Positions 54,630-64,000 of a stretch of DNA of 64,000 nucleotides are shown one piece after another. The stretch is from Octopus sinensis (taxonomy: Eukaryota): contig NC_043019.1 of assembly GCF_006345805.1 (NCBI RefSeq), positions 6,509,360 through 6,573,359 on the forward strand, read 5' to 3'. Position 1 is the stretch's first letter. Each line of letters begins with the position of its first letter. The notes under the pieces are model-generated. The model was not told the origin of the DNA. It made no database searches and worked only from the letters and a program-made list of their open reading frames with translations. Position numbers and translations under genes: made by a program.

Positions 54630-54812
54630 GCCACTACACACATTTTGCTCTACTTGTTTCTTTCTGTGTTCATTTCTGTGGAAGAGCGTAGACTCGAAAC
54701 GTTGAAGACTTTTTCAATTCCCGAGCGTTATACTAATACATCTGTTTGTTTTCGACACCTCCTGTCTTCGTCTTCTATTTTTTTCTTGAATTCCCCCCCT
54801 ATAATATATATG
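54630..54812 (+). mobile_element. Hammerhead-bearing short repeat, H1-related (copy 4); motif at 54673-54708
   Basis: TTT CTGTGGA A GAGCGTAGACTC GAAA CGT T GAAGA; flanked by TA-rich repeats. Confidence 0.65.
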
Positions 54813-54878
54813 TAAAAAAGAATCAAGTTAGAAAATGCTAAAATAAGTTTATAAAAAACATATATATGTATATACATA

Positions 54879-55540
54879 CAGTGGTTGGATAAAATAGTGG
54901 AAACACTTAGCATCATAGCATCATAATTTGGAAATATCTATAAAACCGTCAAACACTTGTTTATTATTATTGTTATTCAAATTTATTATTAGTGTAGCCT
55001 AATATGTTTTCCTAAAATTGCTGTTTCTTTTCAGATATCATCAAAAAACGGTAACTAAAATTCATTAAAATGACAGACCTATCGGACTTTCAAAGAGATC
55101 AAGTTGTTGGTACTCGTATGGCAGGCGCTAGCGTAACGAAAACAGCCGAAATGTTTGGTGTATCAAGACGTACTGTCTCGAAATTAATGACAGCCCATGA
55201 GAAAGAGGGAAAAAGCTTCCTTGTCGAAACAAAACTCCGGAAGAAAACCAAAACTTTCAGATAGAGACCGCCGGACACTTACGCGAATTCTTAGAAAGGA
55301 TCACAAAAGTACAGCTCCCAAAATTACTGGAGAGTTTAATGACCATCTGGAGAACACAGTTTCCACAAAAACTGTTGGTCGAGAGCTGCACAAAGCCGGA
55401 TTTCACAGGAGGGCTGCAATCAGAAAACAAACGTTGCAAAGCATTTAGAGTGGAGTAAAAACCTACAGAACTGGTCCCTAGAGCAGGGGAAGAATGTTAT
55501 TTTCTCGGACGAGTCATCCTTTATCTCATTTCCGACCACA
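54879..55540 (+). mobile_element. Tc1-like DNA transposon, 5' half, pseudogenised transposase
   Basis: TA followed by cagtggttggataaaatagtggaaacac (TIR-like); MTDLSDFQRDQVVGTRMAGASVTKTAEMFGVSRRTVSK (HTH), GRKPKLSDRDRR, then WS....KNVIFSDES (first catalytic D); frameshifts; truncated. Confidence 0.88.
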
Positions 55541-55592
55541 TTCAAGGTGTTATCCCAGCATGGCCATCGGCTAATAACTGACCTACCTGGCC

Positions 55593-55906
55593 CTCCGTCG
55601 TTTACGACGATGAGTGTTCCAGTTGATCCGTTCACCGGAAGAGCCTGCTCGGGAAATTGACGTCCAGGTTACTGAGCGGTTCACAGACATGTGAACCCTT
55701 AACGTAGTTCTTAGGAAGGTTCAGCGCCACACTGTGGGACAAGGCTGCCCCATCGAATTACAGGTACTACTCATTTTTACCAGCTGGGTGAGCTGGAGCA
55801 ATGTGAAATAACGAGCTTTGCTCAAGGACACAAAGCACCGGTGGGAATCGAACTCACACCCTGATGATCCTGAGGCAAATACACCTAAACATTAAGCCAC
55901 ACGCCT
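55593..55906 (-). mobile_element. CORE-type SINE with body B and tail X
   Basis: Reverse of gtgtccttgagcaaagctcg...cagctggtaaaaatgagtagtacctgtaa, joined to tail ...cgtcgtaaacgacggag. Confidence 0.8.
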
Positions 55907-56529
55907 AATTACCGAAACAAGTAGAAAAATACAAAATACAAAAAAAAAAAGAAAGAAATTACGTGATAGCCACGGCTGGAATAGTATTGATCATAAATGT
56001 GTTCAGTGAGTGTTAAACTAGATTTAAATAGCAGTAACAATAACGTAAACAACAAATGAAAAGAAAAACTTAAAGCGGTTCATTATATTTCTCTTAATTT
56101 TCTTTTCTAAGACGCATAAAATTAGTATAATGATTGTAATAAAATAATTTTATAAAATTATAAATAGAAACCGCAAAATCGTCTCCAAGATAATCATGTT
56201 AAATATTCATTTTGTTTATATTTTTTAAAATTCATTTTATATTTTTTCTTCTTTCAAACTGCCTTAATCAGTTTGATGATTACGTTGCTGTTGTGTTGTT
56301 GTTGTTGTTGATGATGATGATGCGGATGATGATGATGATGATGATGATGATGCAAAAACTGGAAAAAACTTTGAAGATTCAATGGATAATAATACTTCTC
56401 TTGGGGATGAAATGTTTTAAGCGTAGGCGTGAATAGAAGCTTGTTTCCCAACCACATTGGTTCTCAGTTCAGCCCCACTGCTTGGCATCTTGGGATAGAC
56501 ACCGACCGTGTATATATATATATATATAT

Positions 56530-56958
56530 ACTAGCAGCATAGCCCGGCATTGCCCGGGTATGTAAGAGCCCCTAGTAGGCAACGACTAATCCCAATCTAG
56601 TCCTTTCCCTCTAGGGAACGAAGGCGCATGTGTAAGTTGCAATGTCTTCTCTTCACTCAAATACTTCTGTATATACGATGTTCCTAGCTGTCCCTTTGGG
56701 CGAAAACATGAAAACATCATTGCGCCTCCCAATGCGTGAACAGCCCACGTACAGTCCAGAAAATGTGTTGCATATAAAAAGCTTAGATTCTCGACCCCAT
56801 GTCGAATTTATCGATTTTTTCAGAACTGGGGGAACTTTTCAAAATTTTCGCTGCGTTAGTTTTGAATTATGACATTGGGCTATGTGTGTGTCAAGTTTCA
56901 TCAGAATTGGTTGAAAGCCGTGGTCAGGGTGAGGGTACAACCTGACAGACAAACTGCC

Positions 56959-56962
<4 letters not shown>
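56530..56962 (+). mobile_element. Non-autonomous Helitron/Helentron-associated (HINE/DINE-1/Lep1-like) element
   Basis: 5' actagcagcatagcccggcattgcccggg (short inverted repeat) and 3' aagtttcatcagaattggttgaaagccg...gacagacaaact, inserted in (TA)n. Confidence 0.6.
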
Positions 56963-57045
<83 letters not shown>

Positions 57046-57049
57046 GTAA

Positions 57050-57310
57050 AAAATACAAACTGGGACAAGAGGGCAAAACATTTAGAAGACGATACAAAAA
57101 AACACGGACGGAACATTCGAAGCTTTCAATCTTCAGTGAAGAACCGGATCATCCTCGTAATTTCGGCTGATTAATCTTGAGATCGCTCCGATCAGGCCAG
57201 CCCCCAAGGAAAAACTAAGCTACGAGCATTAGATTTCTTGGAAAAAGTATCGAATGTATACGAAACAGGGACAGAAAAACCGACGATGCCACACGAATAT
57301 AAATACAAAA
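57050..57310 (-). mobile_element. (TA)n-flanked short repeat of unknown class
   Basis: Non-microsatellite block of about 260 bp bounded by (TA)n on both sides. Confidence 0.4.
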
Positions 57311-57315
57311 AGCAA

Positions 57316-57348
<33 letters not shown>

Positions 57349-57498
57349 AATGGATGAATGATTATCCTTTGTTTCCAGTTAACATGGAAAAATTCAATAA
57401 ACAGTTACCAGGGTAGCAAAAGTCACGCAAGTAACAAGGATGTAGCGACCTATTCCAAGGTAGAAACTCCGGGTTAATGTGCAGTAATTTGTATAGTA

Positions 57499-57649
57499 AA
57501 GTAAATAAATGGAGTTGAACGCAGATGTTATTCAAATTCTTTTACTTTCGACATGTTTCGAAGACAATAAAACAAATGTAGTTTTCGAAACATATGTCGA
57601 AAGTAAAAGAATTTGAAGAACACCTGCGTTCAACTCCATCTAATTACTT
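57499..57649. repeat. Foldback inverted repeat, arms about 68 bp
   Basis: aagtaaataaatggagttgaacgcagatgttattcaaattcttttactttcgacatgtttcgaa mirrored by ttcgaaacatatgtcgaaagtaaaagaatttgaagaacacctgcgttcaactccatctaattactt. Confidence 0.85.
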
Positions 57650-57748
57650 ATATATACTCCATTTAATTACTTATATATATATATATATACAATTAATTGT
57701 TTATAATTTGCACTTTAAAAGGCATTTTTATGTGCTGACCACTTACCC

Positions 57749-58166
57749 TTTTACTCTCTTTTACTCTTTTACTTGTTTCAGTCATTTGACTGCAGCCATG
57801 CTGGAGCATCGCCTTTAGTCGAGCAACTCGACCCCATGACTTATTCTTTGTAAGCCCAGTACTTATTCTATCGGTTTCTTTTGCCGAACCGCTAAGTAAC
57901 GGGGACATAAACACACCAGCATTGGTTGACAAGCAATGCTAGGGAGACAAACACAGACGCAGAAACATACACACATACACACACATATATATATACATAT
58001 ATAAGATGGGATTCTTTCAGTTTCCGTCTACCAAATCCACTCACAAGGCTTTGGTCGGCACGAGGCTATAGTAGAAGACACTTGCCCAAGGTGCCACGCA
58101 GTGGGACTGAACCCGAAATCATGTGGTTGGTAAGCAAGCTACTTACCACACAGCCACTCCTGCGCC
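57749..58166 (-). mobile_element. SINE family B
   Basis: Full-length reverse copy. Confidence 0.92.
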
Positions 58167-58396
58167 TATGAAATTTTAGAAATAATCTTTATCCTATATT
58201 AGAAGTAACATTATTACCATTAATTTCAGGACTGGTGACCACTCTAATTTGAAGTTCCTGATCGATCACACGTGTGCTGCGGCGCGCTACGGAATTTTAT
58301 ATTTAGATATAACTGCGGTACTTATGTGTACTCATGACTTTTTCCTCTGCTTTTGCCATGGGTGCTTCTAAGTATTTCATTTATTTCTTATCGTAT

Positions 58397-58455
58397 TCTC
58401 TACTGATGAGGGAAAAATCCGTGGGATTAATCCTCAAATTGATTCAATATAGAGA
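58397..58455 (+). ncRNA. Type I hammerhead ribozyme-like motif with a lesion at G12
   Basis: TCTCTA CTGATGA GGGA...TCCT C AAA TTG ATT CAAT A TAGAGA; 6-bp stem I and helix III are perfect. Confidence 0.5.
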
Positions 58456-59792
58456 TAACGCATTTTTCAGAAGTTCCTTTAGCTTGCTTTCCTCGATTTC
58501 AGTAGAATGTGTATTTCACAGTGAAGTATATTGTATGTGATGATCGACGTTTTAAAGTCTATTTCTCAGCTCACCCAGCCACTTTGGCACTACTTGCAGA
58601 AAAGCCGACCCTTCCAATTACGTATGCACTCCACTTAAAAGACTCTTGGTTATACTTCTACAGAAAACAAAAGATTTTAACAACAGATTTTCTTATATAT
58701 TTTCTAATAATCCTTTCTGCTATAGGCACAATGCCCGAAATTTTGAAGGAAGGGGTCTAGTCGATGACATCGAAAGAAGTCACTTGCTCAAGATATCGCG
58801 CAATAAGATCAAATGGCTGCGAAAGTACATCCGAGTATAATGGGAATAGACGGAGTTCATAGGTATATAAAAAAAAAGAAATGCTTGAGAAACACTGCTT
58901 TATACTATTTCAAATGAAAGGATTCGATCAATCGGAAAGAAAGATGTAAAACGCTTGCTCGATATACTTCGCAGCAGGATCGATCGTAGAACCTCTTGAT
59001 TGCAAAACGAACTTTTTAACCACTCGGTAATCTCAGCACCCATACAAGAAATGCCAGCACATTGTTTTATCAGCCGAAGACGTTGCGTAACAATGGCGAC
59101 TGAGTGTAGACGCATTTATTTTACTGCAGTGCTAGCAATCACATTCCTTAAAACAGCCTCCGGTAGAAACGATGACGTAATTTAAACGTCACATTAAATT
59201 ATAACTTTATATCTGGTTTCTTAATTAAATCTAATTACTAGAATTTAAAAGAAACTAATAGTTATGCTGTGCTTTGGCAACAGTCGTAATCAATGCGGTG
59301 AATATTAATTAAAACACAAGGTATCGTGGCTAGATTTAGAGAGAGGACGCTATTCGGATTTTGAAGAAGGAGAGAGGAAGTGAGTTTGAGATAAAGAGAA
59401 TAAGTTGGTGAGAGAGAGAGAGAGAGAGGGGGGAGCAGAGAAATTGAGAAAGATAAAGATAAAGAGAGATAGAGAGACAGGAAGAGAGATAGAGAGATTG
59501 TTTCAGCTGAGATCGGTGCCAGAGTCTGCTAATATACAGTGTATGCTAATATCTCACAAATGCGATGGGCGATTTTCTCCCTTATTCACATTCTCTCTCT
59601 CTTATTTTCCGCGTCTTTCGACCTGTCTTTCATTTTCTCCTTCTGAAAGAAGTCAGATATGTCCAGTCATGTAGAAGGATTGTCTATCCAAGAAACACTC
59701 TATGCCACGACTGCGCCTCTTTAACTTTATCAGTATAGCCATCTATCACATACACATTCAAACATACGTACATACGTATATTTATACATATT

Positions 59793-59925
59793 CGAGGAGG
59801 TGCTAGAAAGGTTCCTGACTTTAAGGCTGTCGCGAAAGGTCTGGCTAGATATCCAGATCTTTTACTGGGCTTAGGAAAACTGAAGGGTCGCTGCAAGGGT
59901 GCGTGAATCTGAGAGGGAAATTTTA
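59793..59925 (+). mobile_element. Mariner-derived MITE fragment
   Basis: TIR-like cgaggaggtgctagaaaggttcctgacttt and GLGKLKGRCKGCVNLRG, resembling the mariner transposase C-terminus; cut by a SINE. Confidence 0.55.
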
Positions 59926-59926
59926 C

Positions 59927-60198
59927 TTATTTATGCGCCCTTTTCAAGTCTAGCCAGGCTCATGGGCCCATTTTCCCGGTTTCTGTGGCGTATGTGTTCC
60001 CCCCAGCTGGACGGGACGCTAGTCCATCACAGCGTTACTCAAGAAAGGGGGAAGAGAGAGTGAGAGAAAGTTGGGGCGAAAGAGTACAACAGAGGTCGCC
60101 ATCCCGCCTGCCAGAGCCTCGTGGAGCTTTAGGTGTTTTCGCTCAATAAACACATACAAGGTCCGATCTGGGAATCGAAACCGCGATCTTCCGACCGC
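59927..60198 (-). mobile_element. Chimeric SINE: family A body with tail Y
   Basis: gcgaaaacacctaaagctccacgaggctc...tactctttcgccccaactttctctcactc joined to gagtaacgctgtgatggactagcgtccc...gggcccatgagcctggctag. Confidence 0.8.
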
Positions 60199-61639
60199 TT
60201 GAGAAAGAGAGAAATGAAGCCAAAAAGGTGACATGTGTCAGTGTTTCTGAAACATTATGGTTTTGTGCCATTCTTCACCGCTATTCTACCGTCCACATTT
60301 CTCTCCACTTATAAGAAATGAGTATTCTTGTAGAGAACACATTTTATTGCTAAAGTCCCCTGTTGTATATTTATTTAAGATGCGGTTTGGTTTTAGGTTG
60401 TGGTGCTTATATGGCAGCAACTTTCCTCTTGTACATCCTGTCTGCCTCAGCTAAACTATATTTTGGAATTGAAATTCCTGGAATTATTGGACTTGAAACA
60501 TAATTTCATATCAAATATTGTTCAATATTTCAAACAGTACCTTAGATAACATTATTTTACAAAATAATGTATTTAGAAAAATATTGTTGAAAACTTTCGA
60601 GGTTCATTACAGAATTGTATGAAGAAGTCTCGGTGAATAAATGGCCACTCAACGAAAAATTGTATCAGACACTGAATCCTGTAGAAAAAGGACATAATGG
60701 ATAATGTGATTCCGAGCTGCTTGAATATAAGAAGGCGTTGGAGTCGTTATAACCGGAAGACTCTTATAGTTGATTCGCTTGATTAGCAAACAGATTAATT
60801 CATCATCGAAACAGCAATAAATGTGTTGAGAAATACCTGCATGGGGGCTCGATCTATTAGAAACAACTGAGAAATCTTTCTCCATGATAAAAAGAAAAGT
60901 CAACCTTGGCAGCGTTAAAACTCAATACGTAAAGATACGGAAGAAATTTTGTTATGCATTTATCCGGCATCATAACGATTCTTCCAAATCGCCGTCTAAT
61001 AACAGGAACATTGGCACGTATGTCTTTATGTTCTGTGTTCAAATTACGCTGAGGTCGATATTGCCTTTGGTCACCTCAAGTTCGTAAAATAAGTACCAGT
61101 TGACTACTGGGTTCGATATATCCCACGTACAACATTGCTGGCCTTGTGCCAAAATTTAAAATCAATATTTCAGTACCGTATCTTAAGGCGGCGAGGTGGC
61201 AGAATTGTTTGAACACAGGACAAAATACTTAGCGGTATCTCGTCCGTATTTTGCACCGAGGTCCACTTCGCCTTTCTTCTTATCAGGATCGATGAAATAT
61301 ATACTATCTGAGCGCTGGAGGCGATGTTATCGACTTATCCCCGTCTCCCGCAATTACTAGACTTCACCCAACTTTTGAAACCTGTATTTCAGTACAGTTT
61401 AATGTAATAAAATTTAAAACGAAAGCTATAACTACGATGAATAAATATTTAATTCGTAAGTTTTGTTTCAGCATACAAAACTAAAGGAGATATTTAATGT
61501 GGCTTTAAATTAAAATTCATGGTTGATATTAAAAAATTCAAACAGAATTTTTTTCATTAAACGGTTAAATAATCGCACATTTCATTATAATGAGCACTGA
61601 TTAAACCCGCGTATTCAACGCAGCGCATGATGCCATTGT

Positions 61640-61900
61640 ACGGATCTTCTTCATCTCTGCTTCCCTAATTATAGCCTGCATGTTATCTGTTGCTTCTTTT
61701 ATCATAGTCCGCCCCTACTCACATCCATATAATGCATTCCAAGTTCGTCATTTCTCGAACGATTTCATGATAATATCGTATTTTAATCTCTTTCAAGAAT
61801 TAACGGTCTGTCCACAAATAATAGCTTGTGATGGAGCACGCACAGAACCAGATCTATAATGGGGCCTAAACGAGTAATTTTCTCAGTCCTGCTTATTAGA
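61640..61900 (-). mobile_element. Degenerate LINE post-RT relic (RTE-like)
   Basis: LYGCE.. followed by EAEMKKIRTM, resembling LLYGCETW...EAAEMKFLRRM. Confidence 0.45.
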
Positions 61901-62138
61901 TGAGGATCGTGGTCCTCTTGCCTGAGACGCGTGAATAAACCGATGATTTTATTTGTATCTTTGTTCTTAACCCGATATTTATTGATTAGATATACTTTGG
62001 CCTAACCTTTTAGTTGCCAACCGTAAACTATAAATTAATTTTTTTCAGCTTATTAAACTTCGATATGGGTAATTTTCTACAGATTACTCCAAACTTTCCA
62101 ACTTACTACACCTGGATCCTTGGATCTCATATCGTAAT

Positions 62139-62171
<33 letters not shown>

Positions 62172-63669
62172 AAATATGTCTGGTTATCTGTAACATTTAT
62201 TGTTATATATATTTTTTGCTTTTGCAATTAACCATTCTGCGTATAAACTTTTGATTCTTGCAGCCTTAGACAAACAGATTTGTTTAAATTTTTCGACTTG
62301 CTTTGTATTTTAAATCTTTTTATGTAAAGTCCTCAACAAAACAAATTCGGTCTGAACACTGTAAGATCTAAGTCTATCCGTGAGCTTGTGTAGTTCCTGT
62401 TCTCTAGTATAATTTTTCTCTATCACGCATCCATCTGCCCCAACGTCATCTGACCCTTGGCCTTCAATTTCTGTAGTAACACAAACATTTAACAGTTATA
62501 ACACAGTTGTGAAGTCCACCGCAGTTATTGAAGCGATGTCGGTGTTTGTCATCAGACATTATCAAGCAGATTTTTTCATAAAATTTCATCTAAATTGATC
62601 CCACACATGCAAATCCTTTAAAACCTTTACTCTCCAAAGATAATCATGTTGTAAATTTCCAAATTTCCTTTATTCACTTTCTACAATCTACCTTCGTCCA
62701 GCCAACCATACAGATGAACACGAACAAAAGTTCCTTTCGGAAATTTCTCCCTGCATAGCTTTTCCTTGCCAAACATTACTATACAAGAAACAAAACAAAA
62801 TCCAAAGAACAAGAGCGTGTTTTAATTTAGTACTATCAACCATACAAGAAAGAATTAAAGTAAGTGTGTTTTTCTCACGCCCGGTAGTTTTCAGCAGCGC
62901 TGTTTATTTCCTATTCGCTTTACAGTTCATTTCTATCGCATGTTAAGGTTACCGGAGGTTTGTTTATGTTTCCAGTGCATAATACCCAGCAGCCTTCTAT
63001 CCGTCGATTTCCAATTACAGTGTCTTATCATCCAGATCTTTCCGAATAACCGAATTCTCTTGCTACACGCCGTAGTTACTTGTCTTATCGGCAACTTAAA
63101 TAACTTCTACTTCGAATACTCTTCTATATTTTTATTTTTTTCCTCCCTATTTTTCCTATTTTCCCTAGGAGGCATTTTATCACTAAATAATTTTAAAACC
63201 AATATTATACGACAGTATTTTCGAACGGTAATACAAGAGAGTGACATGAGCTGTCCTACTAAGTGAGATAGCGATTCGAGTCTAACCTGACATACATATA
63301 CAACCTCCCCGATAGATAGCTGTAATTGATAGTAAAAAGAGCGACGTGTATCGATGGCGATAGTGATATCATTGCGTTCAGAGGTATTGCTTTTCATTGC
63401 TTATCTGAAAAGGAAAAAAGAAAAACTGGTCTTACTGTTTTCGCACCTGTCTTTATATCTTAGAACGGTAAACAGGTAAAACGTTTTGTAAACATATGTG
63501 GTTTAACGAAAGAGAAATGGTAGTATGATGCATTCAGATAATAATTATAGCACAGTACAGTTATGAAGGCAGTGTTCCAGCATGGCCTCGATCCAATGAC
63601 TAGCATAAGAGAAAAATATCAAATATTTACATGAAATCAAGATGTTTAACCATATTCGGCACGTGTTTA

Positions 63670-63900
<231 letters not shown>

Positions 63901-64000
63901 CTTTCTAGGTTTGAGTGTATGTGTTTGTATATGTGTATGTATGTATGTTTGTATCTATTTATCTTCTTTCTCCCGTTGACTCATGATTGCTGTCAGCGCT

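Noticed and set aside
57095-57140. CTGAAGA...TTCGAAT on the minus strand in a TA-flanked repeat
   Set aside because: It lacks GAAA and a convincing helix III.

Overview
AT-rich eukaryotic genomic DNA, most likely Octopus or another cephalopod, judged from the tRNA-derived SINE families, the microsatellite load and a 100-N scaffold gap at 33429-33528. The window is dominated by simple repeats ((TA)n, (CA)n, (GATA)n, (CATA)n, (AAT)n, (GAT)n, (GGT)n), and almost all of the supplied ORFs are translations of these repeats. Recognisable elements: four or more SINE families with shuffled modules; many fragments of R4/Dong-clade (RLE-type) LINEs embedded in (TAA)n; CRE-, L1/Tx1- and RTE-like LINE relics; a Tc1 transposase relic; a mariner MITE; a Helitron/Helentron-like non-autonomous element; and several foldback palindromes. 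No host gene can be called with confidence. A phase-compatible minus-strand three-exon chain (45987 to 33604) is a low-confidence candidate. The most notable signal is a set of dispersed short repeats, mostly next to (TA)n, that carry minimal Penelope-type hammerhead ribozyme motifs. One family has four copies that all share a non-canonical core (U instead of A at position 6). A second family shows a compensatory base-pair change in helix III. All alignments and folds were done by eye; no database search or folding program was run.
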